64,000 nucleotides of DNA from contig DATEAT010000031.1 of the NCBI GenBank assembly GCA_035288225.1, positions 47,678-111,677 of the forward strand, written 5' to 3'. A program made the translations under genes and the position numbers. Positions 26,882 through 36,756 of this stretch are shown here, piece by piece; the stretch's first letter is position 1; each line of letters begins with the position of its first letter. This DNA comes from Anaerolineales bacterium. GTDB taxonomy: Bacteria; Chloroflexota; Anaerolineae; Anaerolineales; RBG-16-64-43. Below the pieces are notes generated by a model that was given only the letters and a program-made list of their open reading frames with translations, made no database searches and had not been told where the DNA came from.

Positions 26882-29629
26882 TCAAGGAGCGGTTGCGCGC
26901 GGGACCCGGTCCGCGGAGTCGGCCAGTTGGATTTGATTGCGGCCCCGATCCTTGGCGCGGTACAGGGCGCGGTCGGCGACGTCCACCAGGGCGAATGCGT
27001 CCTTGGCGTCTTCGCCCAGGCCGGCAATACCCTGGCTGACCGTGGGCGAGGGCATCTGCCGGCCCAGCGAGTCGACCGGGCGCAGTTCGGCCAGCGTGCT
27101 TTGAATACGATTGGCGACCGACATGGCCTGCGTGCGGCTCGCGCTAATCAGGGCGATGGAAAACTCCTCGCCGCCCCAGCGCCCCAGCAAGTCCCCGTGT
27201 TTGATATGGCGGCGGATGGCGTCCACCGTGCTCAGCAAGGCAGCGTCGCCGGCCACGTGACCGAATTGGTCGTTGTACTCCTTGAAGTGATCGATATCCA
27301 ACATGACCAGGCTGAGTTCGCCGCGCGTGGCGCGCGCCTGGCCCACCGCCGCCTCGAGTTCGACCACGAATGCACCGTGGCTGAGCACCTGGGTCAGGCT
27401 GTCGCGGCGAGCCTGTTCGCGCAGCGCCTCGTGCTGCCGCGCATTGAGGATGGCATTGGCCAGTTGCTCAACAACGATCTGTAGGACGAATTGATCGTCT
27501 TCGGTAAAGGCCCCCACCCGGGTGGCTTGCACATCGAGCATGCCCAACAGCGTGCCGGCCGAAAGGATTGGCAAAGTCATCTCTGCGCGGATGCCGGGCA
27601 GGCTGTCGACCTCTAGATAGTATTCGTCCTCAAGCACATTCTGGGATAGGTAGGGGCGCTGCGTACTCATCACATAGCTGTTAATGCTCTTGGCGGCCAC
27701 GGAGACGCGGTCGCCCTGAGCAACCTGGCGGCGGCCGAGCGGCCCGGAGCCGCCCACGAAGCGGGCCGTCCGCCCCTCATCCTCGATGATCAGAATATGC
27801 GCGTGTTCGAAACCCAAGCGCGCCGCCAGAAGATCGCACACCCGGTTGTAAAGCACCGCCGGATCGAGGATTGAACTGATCTCGGTCCCCACCTCGCTGA
27901 CGGTCATCAGCAGCGAGCGTTGGTGCTGCAGGGCAGCGAAGGCGGTGGCGTTTTCGAGCAGCGAGCCGAGCAGCGTGGCCAGAGTCTCGCCGACGGCCTT
28001 CTCGAGCGAGGAGGCACGGTGGGCCTCTTCGAACAGGAAGAGGAGAACCCCGTGGAATTGATTGGACAGGCTCAGGCGGAAGATCACCAGCGATTTGACC
28101 TCGGGGGGGACCCCTTGGTCGTACAGGTCGCGCCGTTCGATGGCAATGTCATCGAGCGACAGCGGGCCGGGAACCCCGCGTACCTCCGCCAGCCACGGCG
28201 CGGGGAAGAGCGCCCCGGAGCTCATACTCGTCCCGTCCAGCCCATCTTGGGCGGCCAGGCGCAGCCCATCGGCCTCCGCGACGAATACGGCCACCGCATG
28301 TGCCAGCACAAGTTGACGGGTCTCCTTGCACGCGCGCTGCAACAGAGCTTCGGTGTCGCGCTCGGTGGCCAGGCGGGCGGCCAATTGGGCGAGCAGGCCC
28401 ATCTGGCTGCCCTCTTCCTGAATGTGCTGATACAAGCGCAGCCGTTCCAGGGCCAACGCCGCATAGTGAGAGAAGGTGTGCGTCTGGCGCATCTCGACCG
28501 TGGTCAGCTCGCGGCCAGGGGCCTCCACCGCCGCGACGCCGATCACCTCCTGGTCGGCGTGTATCGGCACGACCAGGGCGCTGGCCAGCCCCAGCGAGCG
28601 CAAGGTGGGGTCGTCGTGCACTACGCGCGGCGCGGCTTCCAGCGGCGGACCTTGCTCGGGCAGGCTGAGCTCGGGGAGCGTATCGGGTTGCGCGCCGCAC
28701 GAGGCCGAGGGCACAAACGCGCCGGTGGCACGATCGGCCAGCCAGACGATGCCGCGGCTCACACCCAGCGAGCGCGCCAGGTAGGTGACCAGGGTGGAGG
28801 CCACCTCTTCGGGTGTGCGGGTGGTTAACATGGCGCTTGAGCACTCAAGCAGAGTCTCGAGGCCGTTGAGCAGCTTCTCGCGGCTTTCGATGAGGTTGAT
28901 GATCTCGGGCGACATGCCCGGGCTGGGTTTGAGGTGGCCCTCGCGAGTGCGCCCTTCGGCGAAGGCCACGTTGGCCTCAACCAACTCCTCCAGCGGGCGG
29001 AAGACGTGGCTGTTGAAGAGCGCCAGCTCGAGGATCAGCAAGAAAACGAGCAGCGCAATCATGACGCTCAGGCCGAGGAAAATCGTCCGGCTGACCGCCA
29101 GATTGAATGCGCTCTGCGAGACGATGTAATGGGCAATCCATTGCGGCTGACCGGCAGGATGTGGGCTGGCCAGGAGACGCGCCATGTCGAAGGCGCGCCC
29201 CGTGCGTAGGTCGAGTTCGAACAGGGCTGCGCGGCACGCGGGGTCTGGATTGCCGTTGCACATCCCGTCCGGCTGCGGGAGCTGGGTATCGGGCAGCACC
29301 TCAGCCCACGGCCGGTTGATGTAGTCGCTGTGGGTCGAGGCCACGATCGTGCCCTGGCCATCGGTAATGAGCAGCATGCTGGAGGGGATGCGTCGGGCGC
29401 GGAAAAAGGAGTCGAGCTCAGCCTGCAGCCCAGGCAGATCAGCGGCCCGGTCGAGGCTGCCGCCGAGCGAGTACGCCAGCTCGGCCATGTGATCGCCCAG
29501 CAGTTCGCGCGAGAGGTTTCCCGACTGCTGGGTAATGACAAGGACTCCGGCCAGCGTGGCCAGAATCACAACCAGGATATTGATCGCGAAGAACTGACTA
29601 CGCAGACGGGCGAACCACGAAGCGCTCAA
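26882..29629 (-). CDS. diguanylate cyclase (GGDEF) with N-terminal membrane sensor, HAMP-like linker and multiple GAF domains
   Basis: 915 aa. The C-terminal GGDEF domain carries RWGGEEFSIAL, an intact GGEEF active site. Several GAF-like repeats precede it, and there is an N-terminal TM pair. TTG start at 29629. Confidence 0.85.
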   Translation of the reverse strand: MSASWFARLRSQFFAINILVVILATLAGVLVITQQSGNLSRELLGDHMAELAYSLGGSLDRAADLPGLQAELDSFFRARRIPSSMLLITDGQGTIVASTHSDYINRPWAEVLPDTQLPQPDGMCNGNPDPACRAALFELDLRTGRAFDMARLLASPHPAGQPQWIAHYIVSQSAFNLAVSRTIFLGLSVMIALLVFLLILELALFNSHVFRPLEELVEANVAFAEGRTREGHLKPSPGMSPEIINLIESREKLLNGLETLLECSSAMLTTRTPEEVASTLVTYLARSLGVSRGIVWLADRATGAFVPSASCGAQPDTLPELSLPEQGPPLEAAPRVVHDDPTLRSLGLASALVVPIHADQEVIGVAAVEAPGRELTTVEMRQTHTFSHYAALALERLRLYQHIQEEGSQMGLLAQLAARLATERDTEALLQRACKETRQLVLAHAVAVFVAEADGLRLAAQDGLDGTSMSSGALFPAPWLAEVRGVPGPLSLDDIAIERRDLYDQGVPPEVKSLVIFRLSLSNQFHGVLLFLFEEAHRASSLEKAVGETLATLLGSLLENATAFAALQHQRSLLMTVSEVGTEISSILDPAVLYNRVCDLLAARLGFEHAHILIIEDEGRTARFVGGSGPLGRRQVAQGDRVSVAAKSINSYVMSTQRPYLSQNVLEDEYYLEVDSLPGIRAEMTLPILSAGTLLGMLDVQATRVGAFTEDDQFVLQIVVEQLANAILNARQHEALREQARRDSLTQVLSHGAFVVELEAAVGQARATRGELSLVMLDIDHFKEYNDQFGHVAGDAALLSTVDAIRRHIKHGDLLGRWGGEEFSIALISASRTQAMSVANRIQSTLAELRPVDSLGRQMPSPTVSQGIAGLGEDAKDAFALVDVADRALYRAKDRGRNQIQLADSADRVPRATAP

Positions 29630-29817
29630 GGTTCCGCGAGAGGCGGCTCCAAGGCAGAACTTAGATTGCCATTTAGTATAGCGTCCCGCACTTCAAATGA
29701 AAAGCGCCCAACTGTACCGATTCATTGCCCCGGCCTCTCATCCGTGCAGGGCGAGGGTAGCCAGGCTTGCGTCATTGGTGTTACGCGCGCAGACCGCCCG
29801 CGCGGGCAGCCCATGGG

Positions 29818-30330
29818 CTATGCCGGCGGCGTGCCGTTGCGCCAGAGTGCAAGGATCATGCGCGTGGACGGAAAGGCCAGATCGGGCAATTCATTCGGGC
29901 CGAAGAAAGAGGCTCGCTCGGCATCGTCGCCGGGCTGTGGCACCCCGCTTGCAACGGTGCCCTCGAAGACGATCAGAATGTCCGCGCCCTCGACCTCGCT
30001 TTGCCTCGCGATGACATCCCGCAATTGCAGGTCCTTCACCTCCAGCCCGGTCTCTTCACGGCATTCACGGGCCGCCGCCTGGCGCGGGTCTTCGCCCACC
30101 TCTACGTAACCCGCCGGTACCGACCACTTGCCACGCTCGGGCGAGACCCCGCGCTGGATGAGCAGGACTTTGCCCTCGCGGACGATGAAGACGGCCACCG
30201 CAACCTTCGGGTCTTCGAAATGGATGTAGGCGCAGCGCGTGCACACCGCGCGCAGGCGGCCAAAGGCAGGGCGCGCCTCGGTGGGCGCGCCGCAGCGAAT
30301 ACAGAAGCGCACGGGTTCGCGCGGCGTCAT
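29818..30330 (-). CDS. NUDIX hydrolase with N-terminal zinc-ribbon
   Basis: Nudix box GYVEVGEDPRQAAARECREETGL, with an N-terminal CIRCG...CTRC. Its ATG overlaps the upstream anti-sigma stop (ATGA). Confidence 0.85.
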   Translation of the reverse strand: MTPREPVRFCIRCGAPTEARPAFGRLRAVCTRCAYIHFEDPKVAVAVFIVREGKVLLIQRGVSPERGKWSVPAGYVEVGEDPRQAAARECREETGLEVKDLQLRDVIARQSEVEGADILIVFEGTVASGVPQPGDDAERASFFGPNELPDLAFPSTRMILALWRNGTPPA

Positions 30331-31169
30331 CTCCGAACTCGGCGCGCGAGCAGGGCCGCGACGGCCAGCGCCAGAGCGAGAACGGCCAACCCTGCCTCGA
30401 TCAGGCGCAGCGGGCTGATGAGGGCCGGTGCAACAGACACTGCGGTGGGCGCGGTCGACTCCCGCGGCGGTTCGGCTGGTAGGGTCGGGGTTGAACTTCC
30501 GGCTCCTCCGCCCAACGTCAGGAGCGCCTCGCCTTCGGCGGTCGGAGTGGGCATCGGCGAGGAGGGCGGGCCCAAGCGGGAGGCTTCGGCGGGCGCGGGC
30601 GTCGCAGTGGCGCCGGACGACTTCTCCTGCGCAAATAACAGGGCACCTGCAGTCTCGGTGATCGAATCGCTGCCCGCCAGTGTGCCGCTGGGTGCGGCCG
30701 ATTCGCCGGGCGTCGTCTGGTCCGCCTGATTGTCGGCTGCGGCGCGTGGTTCGGGCCCGGTGGGCGCAGGCACGAGGCCCGGCGCCATCTGCAACTCGGC
30801 GGCCGGCATGGCCGGGGCCGCCACTCGTGCGGCCATAAGCCCGCCACCGGCAAGATCCGTGACGGCAACCGCAGCCAGGGCGAGTGTCGCCAACGCCGAA
30901 CCCCAGGCGAACACGAAACCGCGTGCAGCGCGCGGGCGGGTACGCCCGGCCATTTCCGCGGTCAGGGTGAAGTTGCGAGGCAGACGAATCGGAGGCAGGG
31001 CGCGCAGTGCCCCTCGGACTCGACGCAATTCCTCCAGGGCGCGCGCGAGTGCGGCCTCGTGCTGCAATCGCGCAAGCAAGACCGTGCGATCGGAGTCGCT
31101 CAACTGGCCGTCGAGGAATGCCGAAAGTCGCTCAAGGTCGTGCGCAGGTAGGGAGGTCGAGGGTTTCAT
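30327..31169 (-). CDS. putative anti-sigma factor (membrane-spanning, Pro/Ala/Thr-rich extracytoplasmic region)
   Basis: Translationally coupled (ATGA) to the ECF sigma gene. The N-terminal helical segment LERLSAFLDGQLSDSDR is typical of anti-sigma N-domains. One central TM plus a C-terminal TM with an RRVRR tail. Confidence 0.6.
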   Translation of the reverse strand: MKPSTSLPAHDLERLSAFLDGQLSDSDRTVLLARLQHEAALARALEELRRVRGALRALPPIRLPRNFTLTAEMAGRTRPRAARGFVFAWGSALATLALAAVAVTDLAGGGLMAARVAAPAMPAAELQMAPGLVPAPTGPEPRAAADNQADQTTPGESAAPSGTLAGSDSITETAGALLFAQEKSSGATATPAPAEASRLGPPSSPMPTPTAEGEALLTLGGGAGSSTPTLPAEPPRESTAPTAVSVAPALISPLRLIEAGLAVLALALAVAALLARRVRR

Positions 31170-31780
31170 GCTGAAGGCTCACCCTCAAGACGAAATGCCT
31201 CCGGCAGAAGTTCCCCGCGCAAGGCGAGGCAATCGCGCAGGTTGGCGCGTGCACGAGCCAGCCGGCTCTTGACCGTGCCCAGCGCAGTCTGCATCACCGC
31301 GGCCACTTCGCTGTAATCCATCGCTTGCACGTCGGCCAGGAGCACTACCGCGCGCTGTTCGTCGGTCAGGCGGCGCAGGCAGTCCTCGATCGCGCGGCGA
31401 ATCTCACCGCGGGCGAGCTGGTCTTCGGGTGTCTCCCCCGGATCGGCGGGCTCGAAGGCTCGCCCGCTGTCGTCCTCACCGTCGGAAGAGGCCATGGCAT
31501 CCAGCGAGACGGACGGCCTGCGCTTGCGGCGGCGCAACTCGTCGTAGCAGGCGTTGGTCACGCTGCGCATAATGTAGGCGCGCAACGAGCCGCCGCGGAA
31601 GTCGCGCAGGTGTCGGTAAAGGGAGAGAAAGGATTCCTGGGTGACGTCGGCCGCGGCTTCACTGTCGCCCAGCATACGCGCGGCGAGCGCGTAGGCCCGG
31701 CTCTGGTGAGCCAGCACCAGGCGGTTGAATGCGTCAAGGTCACCCTGTTGGGCATCGCGAAGAAGGGCGGCTTCGTCCAT
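31166..31780 (-). CDS. ECF-type RNA polymerase sigma-70 factor
   Basis: Region 2 (FNRLVLAHQSRAYALAARML...DVTQESFLSLYRHL) and region 4 (MDYSEVAAVMQTALGTVKSRLARARANL). Start trimmed to ATG 31780. Confidence 0.85.
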   Translation of the reverse strand: MDEAALLRDAQQGDLDAFNRLVLAHQSRAYALAARMLGDSEAAADVTQESFLSLYRHLRDFRGGSLRAYIMRSVTNACYDELRRRKRRPSVSLDAMASSDGEDDSGRAFEPADPGETPEDQLARGEIRRAIEDCLRRLTDEQRAVVLLADVQAMDYSEVAAVMQTALGTVKSRLARARANLRDCLALRGELLPEAFRLEGEPSA

Positions 31781-31948
31781 GAGGTCCGCGTCGTGCCAGT
31801 TGTACCTGCATCTAACTGCGTCTGCACCGGCAATCATACCCCAGAGAGGCGCGCGCCATTGCGCCATATGAGTGAAGTACAATGGCCAGGCCTGATCCCT
31901 CCGCACAGGCGCAGCGCGGAGTGCTTCCCTCCAGCGCGGAGGTCACCG

Positions 31949-32815
31949 ATGTCGCTTCGACCATCCCCTATTGCCGGAACGTGGTACCCCGCCGATGCAC
32001 GGGAACTTGCGGCCAGCGTGGATCGATTCCTCGCGCAGGCCGAAGTGACCCCGCCCAACGGCCGAGTCATCGGTATCCTTGCGCCGCACGCGGGCCACCG
32101 CTACTCGGGCGCGGTGGCTGCGCATGCATTCAAATGCTTGGCGGGCTCACAGGCCAATTTGGCTGCGGTCGTCTCGCCCATGCACCATCCCCATCCGGCG
32201 CCTGTGCTCACGACAGCGCACACCGGTTATGCCACGCCGCTGGGGGAGATCCCGGTGGACGCGGCGGCGCTCGACCAGCTCAACGCGGGCCTTGAGGCGC
32301 GGATCGGTTTGAGCCTGGCGCGGGTGCGTCGCGACGAGGAGCACTCGCTCGAGATCGAGCTGCCTTTCTTACAGCGCGTGTTGGGCGCTTTCTATCTATT
32401 GCCTGTCATGATCCTCGATCAGACCCTCGAGGTGGCTGAGGCTCTGGGGCACGCACTGGGGGAGGTGCTTGCCGATCGCCGGGCGGTGCTCGTGGCCAGC
32501 TCGGATCTTTCCCATTTCTACCCGCAGCCGGTGGCGGAAGCACTCGACCGCGAGATGCTCGCGCGCATTGTCGCCTTCGACCCGCCGGCCGTCATGCGCG
32601 CCGAAGAGCAAGGCCGTGGGTTCGCCTGCGGGCGGGCCGCCGTGGCCGCGGTGCTGTGGGCCGCGCGCGATCTGGGCGCCAACCGCGTGAGCCTCCTCCA
32701 TTACGCCACCTCCGGCGCGGTGACCGGCGACCTCGACTCGGTGGTGGGTTACGGAGCGGCCGTCATCTGGCAGGAGGCCGGAACCATGCCCGGCCGAGAG
32801 GATCGACCCCGGTGA
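31949..32815 (+). CDS. MEMO1-family protein (AmmeMemoRadiSam system protein B)
   Basis: PIAGTWYPAD, GILAPHAGHRYSG and SSDLSHFY motifs. Start trimmed to ATG 31949 after GCGGAGG. The upstream part of ORF 31325.. is antisense to the sigma gene. Confidence 0.8.
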   Translation: MSLRPSPIAGTWYPADARELAASVDRFLAQAEVTPPNGRVIGILAPHAGHRYSGAVAAHAFKCLAGSQANLAAVVSPMHHPHPAPVLTTAHTGYATPLGEIPVDAAALDQLNAGLEARIGLSLARVRRDEEHSLEIELPFLQRVLGAFYLLPVMILDQTLEVAEALGHALGEVLADRRAVLVASSDLSHFYPQPVAEALDREMLARIVAFDPPAVMRAEEQGRGFACGRAAVAAVLWAARDLGANRVSLLHYATSGAVTGDLDSVVGYGAAVIWQEAGTMPGREDRPR

Positions 32816-34143
32816 GCGCCTTCAGCCTGATAGACATGCTCGGCCTGGCCGGCCTGCTTCTGGCCAATGCGTTCTTCGTGATGGCCGAGTATGCCCTGAT
32901 CAGTGCGCGCAGCACGCGCCTGGAAGAAATGGAGCGCCAGGGCGTGCGCGATGCAGCGCGCGCCCGCCGCATGTTGCGCGACCCCGAGCGCTACATCGCC
33001 ACCACCCAGCTCGGCATCACGATGGCCGGCGTCGGGATGGGCTGGGTGGGCGAGCCGGCCTTCGCCTTCTTGCTTGAACGAGTGCTGGGTGTGCCTCTGC
33101 GCGAGCTGGGGGAAACGGCGGCGCGCAGCCTTTCCGCGCTGACGGCGTTTGTGTTGGTGACCTTCCTGGCCGTGGTACTCAGCGAACTCGTGCCGAAGTC
33201 ACTCACCCTCGACAACCCGGAGCGCATCGCGGTGCGCATCGCCCGCCCGCTGGAAGTGCTCAGCCGCATCGGCCGGCCGCTGGTCTGGCTGCTCGAGCGC
33301 TCGGCCGGGCTGGTGGCGCGGCTGCTCGGCGCCTCCGGCTCAGCCCGCCGTGGGGCGTCCTACTCGGTGCAAGAACTCAAGTTGCTGGTCGAAGCGGCCC
33401 AACGCAGCGGCACGCTGGAGGACAGCGAACGGGCCATGCTGCATGCGGTCTTCGATTTCGGCGACCTGCGCGTGCGTGAGGTGATGATCCCGCGCACCGA
33501 GATGGTCGCTGTTCCGGCGGCGAGCACCGTCGACGAGCTGATCGCCATCGCTATTCTGCATCCCTACAGCAAGTTCCCGGTTTACGAGGGCACCTCCGAT
33601 CAAGTCATCGGCATCGCCCATATCAAAGATCTGATGCGGGCACGCCACGGGCCCAGCCAGGTGGCCACTGTGCGCGGCCTGATGCGAGAGGCGTTGTTCG
33701 TCCCCGAGAGCCTGCGCGTGCAGGATCTGCTCGCGCGCTTCCGCGCCAGCCGCCAACACCTGGCGGTCGTCTTGGATGAGTTTGGCGGCACGGCCGGGCT
33801 GGTGACGTTAGAGGACTTGCTCGAAGAAATCGTCGGCGAGGTCTCGGATGCTTTTGACCGCACCCCGCCCCTGGTCAAGCGCCTGCCGGACGGCAGCGCG
33901 CTGGTGGATGGGCTGATGCTCATCGAGGAGGTTAACCAGGCCCTCGGGCTGCACCTGGAAGATTCCCACTATGACACACTGGCCGGATACATGCTCGGGC
34001 GGCTCGGCCGGGTTGCCCGATTGGGCGATGAGGTTGAAGGGCACGGCATGCTCCTGCGAGTTGAGGCGATGGACGGCCGGCGCATCGCGCGCCTCTCGGT
34101 GCGCCCGAGCGCGCCGGCTGAATCGCCGGAGGCTCCGCCATGA
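32812..34143 (+). CDS. CNNM/hemolysin-family protein (DUF21 membrane domain - CBS pair - CorC_HlyC)
   Basis: DUF21-type N-terminus (LLLANAFFVMAEYALISAR), CBS pair (VREVMIPRTEM...) and a CorC/HlyC C-terminal domain. GTG 32812 overlaps the stop of the MEMO gene. Confidence 0.85.
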   Translation: MSAFSLIDMLGLAGLLLANAFFVMAEYALISARSTRLEEMERQGVRDAARARRMLRDPERYIATTQLGITMAGVGMGWVGEPAFAFLLERVLGVPLRELGETAARSLSALTAFVLVTFLAVVLSELVPKSLTLDNPERIAVRIARPLEVLSRIGRPLVWLLERSAGLVARLLGASGSARRGASYSVQELKLLVEAAQRSGTLEDSERAMLHAVFDFGDLRVREVMIPRTEMVAVPAASTVDELIAIAILHPYSKFPVYEGTSDQVIGIAHIKDLMRARHGPSQVATVRGLMREALFVPESLRVQDLLARFRASRQHLAVVLDEFGGTAGLVTLEDLLEEIVGEVSDAFDRTPPLVKRLPDGSALVDGLMLIEEVNQALGLHLEDSHYDTLAGYMLGRLGRVARLGDEVEGHGMLLRVEAMDGRRIARLSVRPSAPAESPEAPP

Positions 34144-36611
34144 TCCGCTACGTGGAGGTGTCGGTCAACCTGCCTCGCGTGCTTGGTACTTTCCACTACC
34201 ATGTGCTGCCCGATCTGGCCGAAGCGTTGCGGCCGGGCCATCTGGTGGTCGTCCCGTTTGCCGGTCAGCGCGTGCAAGGAATTGTTCTGGGCGATGTCGA
34301 TCAGCCGGAGGTGGCCGAGACTCGGCCGGTCGAGGGGCTGCTCGACCGCGAGCCCGTGCTGACTCCTGCCCAACTCCGCCTCGGCCAGTGGCTTAGCGCG
34401 ACATACGGTGCATCGCTCGGAGAGTGTTTCGAGTTGATGCTCCCGCCCGGCTTGGGGCAGAGAGCGCAGAGTCTGTACGCGCTCGGCGACCCGGGCTTTG
34501 TGGGTGTGGACCCAATACAGAAGCGGCTCATCGCGCTGCTGGCCGAGCGCGGGCCGCTGCGCAGCGGGCAGTTGGCGCGCGCCTTCCCTCGCGCCGCGTG
34601 GGAACGGGAAGCGGCGCGCCTGGTGAAACACGGAGCTGTGCTGCGCACCTCCATCCTGCCTCCGCCGGAGGTTCACGCAAAACATGTGCGCACCGCGCGC
34701 CTCACCGTTTCGGTGGAGGCGGCCCACGCGGCGGCGCAGCGCATGCGCCAGTCCGCCCGCGCCCAAAGCCGGGCCGCGGCCGAGCGGCGCGCGCGCGTGC
34801 TTGAGTTTCTGGCAGCGGAACGCACCTCGGTCGAGGTCAGTTGGGTCTACGCCCACGGCGGCAGTACGCTGGGCGATCTGAAGTTGCTGGCCGACACTGG
34901 CCTGGTGGACCTGGACTACCAGGAAGTCTGGCGCGACCCGCTCGCCGGCCGGGCGTATGCTGCAGATACGACGCTCGCGCTCACGCCGGAACAACGAAGT
35001 GCGTGGTCCACGATTCGCGAGGCGCTGGCGGCGGGCGACGGGCGCGCCATTCTCTTGCACGGTGTGACCGGTTCAGGCAAGACGGAAATCTATTTGCGTG
35101 CGGTGGCGGAGGTGCTCGCCCGCGGCGGGCAAGCCATCGTCCTCGTCCCGGAAATCGGCCTCACGCCGCAGATACTGCAGCGTTTTGGGGCGCGCGTGAT
35201 GCACGGGCTGGGCGTGATGCACAGCCGCCTTTCGGACGGTGAGCGCTACGACACCTGGCGCCGGGCGCGGTCCGGCCTGATCGACGTGATGCTCGGCCCG
35301 CGCAGCGCGCTCTTTGCGCCGCTGCCGCGAGTGGGGCTGATCGTCGTTGACGAGGAACACGACGAGTCCTACAAATCGAATCGCGCCCCTTTCTTCCATG
35401 CGCGCGATACAGCCCTCGAGTACGCGCGCCAGTTGCATGTGCCGTGCGTGCTTGGATCGGCGACGCCGGACGTGGTGACCTTTGCCCACGCGAAGGAGGC
35501 GCGCCTGACCTACCTGGCGCTGCCCGAGCGCGTGCCCTTCGCCGGCGTGCGTGGAGGGGCCCTGCCCGAGGTGCGAGTGGTGGACATGCGCCAGGAACTG
35601 CGCGACGGCAATCGCTCGATCTTCAGCCGGGCACTCTCTCAGGCCCTCGGCGAGTGCCTCGAGCACGGCCAGCAAGCCATTCTCTTCCTCAACCGGCGCG
35701 GCACGGCCACGGCGCTCTTTTGCCGTTCGTGCGGCCAGTCGGTGAGCTGCCCGCGCTGCGGGCTGCCGCTCACCTTCCACGCCGACGCGCCGGCAGCCGG
35801 TGAGGATGGGGCACGCGGGCGCCTGCGCTGCCATCACTGCAACTATCAACGCGGCGTTCCATCTCGTTGCCCCAACTGCTCGAGCGAGGCTCTGCGCCCT
35901 CTGGGAGTGGGAACGCAACGGGTGGAGGCAGAAGTGCTGCACAACTTCCCGCACGCGCGCGTCTTGCGCTGGGATGTGGACACCACGCGCACGCAGGACG
36001 CGCATGAGATCATGCTCGAGCACTTCGCGGCTGGCCGGGCCGAGGTGTTGGTCGGAACGCAAATGGTGGCCAAGGGTCTCGACCTGCCGCGCGTGACCCT
36101 GGTAGGGGTCATCCTGGCCGAGGTCGGCCTCTTTCTGCCGGACTATCGCGCCAGCGAGCGCACCTTTCAAGTGCTCACCCAGGTCATCGGCCGTGCCGGG
36201 CGCAGCCCGCGCGGCGGCCGGGCCATTCTGCAGACGTTCCAACCGGATCACTACGCGATTCGGCTGGCGTCTGCGCAAGACTACGACGGGTTCGCCAACA
36301 CCGAACTCGACCTGCGTCGGCAGCTCGGCTACCCGCCCTACACTCGCTTGGCGCGCCTGATCGTTGCAGCCAACTCTCGCGAGCAGGCGCAGCGGGTGGC
36401 GGAAGCATTGGCGGGCGCGGTGCGTGCCGCGATCACCGCGGGCGAGCATCGCCAAACCGAGATCGTCGGGCCGGCGCCCTGCTTCTTTGAGCGCGAGGCG
36501 GGCCGCTATCGCTGGCAGGTCGTGGTGCGCGGGCCGCATCCGAGGCAGGTCATCCCAACGGACCTGCCGGAGAACTGCAGCCTGGACGTGGACCCGGTCT
36601 CGCTGCTATAG
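34140..36611 (+). CDS. priA: primosomal replication-restart helicase PriA
   Basis: Walker A GVTGSGKTEIY, a DEEHD box, zinc-binding Cys clusters (CRSCGQSVSCPRCG...CHHCNY...CPNCSS) and a helicase C domain. ATGA overlap with the upstream gene. Confidence 0.9.
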   Translation: MIRYVEVSVNLPRVLGTFHYHVLPDLAEALRPGHLVVVPFAGQRVQGIVLGDVDQPEVAETRPVEGLLDREPVLTPAQLRLGQWLSATYGASLGECFELMLPPGLGQRAQSLYALGDPGFVGVDPIQKRLIALLAERGPLRSGQLARAFPRAAWEREAARLVKHGAVLRTSILPPPEVHAKHVRTARLTVSVEAAHAAAQRMRQSARAQSRAAAERRARVLEFLAAERTSVEVSWVYAHGGSTLGDLKLLADTGLVDLDYQEVWRDPLAGRAYAADTTLALTPEQRSAWSTIREALAAGDGRAILLHGVTGSGKTEIYLRAVAEVLARGGQAIVLVPEIGLTPQILQRFGARVMHGLGVMHSRLSDGERYDTWRRARSGLIDVMLGPRSALFAPLPRVGLIVVDEEHDESYKSNRAPFFHARDTALEYARQLHVPCVLGSATPDVVTFAHAKEARLTYLALPERVPFAGVRGGALPEVRVVDMRQELRDGNRSIFSRALSQALGECLEHGQQAILFLNRRGTATALFCRSCGQSVSCPRCGLPLTFHADAPAAGEDGARGRLRCHHCNYQRGVPSRCPNCSSEALRPLGVGTQRVEAEVLHNFPHARVLRWDVDTTRTQDAHEIMLEHFAAGRAEVLVGTQMVAKGLDLPRVTLVGVILAEVGLFLPDYRASERTFQVLTQVIGRAGRSPRGGRAILQTFQPDHYAIRLASAQDYDGFANTELDLRRQLGYPPYTRLARLIVAANSREQAQRVAEALAGAVRAAITAGEHRQTEIVGPAPCFFEREAGRYRWQVVVRGPHPRQVIPTDLPENCSLDVDPVSLL

Positions 36612-36634
36612 CGGGCTGCGGAAAGACACTCCAC

Positions 36635-36706
36635 CTCACCCCCTGCCCCCTCTCCGCTGCGAGACTGTCCTCCGGTAGGCCGGGGTGCGTCGGAGAGGGG
36701 GTGAGG
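36635..36706. repeat. dispersed repeat family B copy (CCTCACCCCCTGCCCCCTCTCCG ... CGGAGAGGGGGTGAGG hairpin)
   Basis: The long arm (36635-36657) and short arm (36691-36706) are inverted repeats around a loop containing TGCGAGAC. Confidence 0.7.
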
Positions 36707-36711
36707 AACAA

Positions 36712-36746
36712 AAAGGAGACGGGGGCCTTCGGCCCCCGTCTCCTTT
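36712..36746. terminator. strong A-tract/T-tract-flanked hairpin after priA (bidirectional-type intrinsic terminator)
   Basis: AAAGGAGACGGGGGCC-TTC-GGCCCCCGTCTCCTTT, a perfect 13-bp GC-rich stem extended by AAA/TTT. Confidence 0.6.
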
Positions 36747-36756
36747 GAGATAACTT

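Noticed and set aside
26575-27027. The full 150-aa minus-strand ORF as an intact gene.
   Set aside because: Only the last ~45 residues look like a known protein (DHODH C-terminus). The rest is Pro/Arg/Ser/Thr-rich and overlaps the 3' end of the GGDEF gene. It is reported only as a possible pseudogene remnant.
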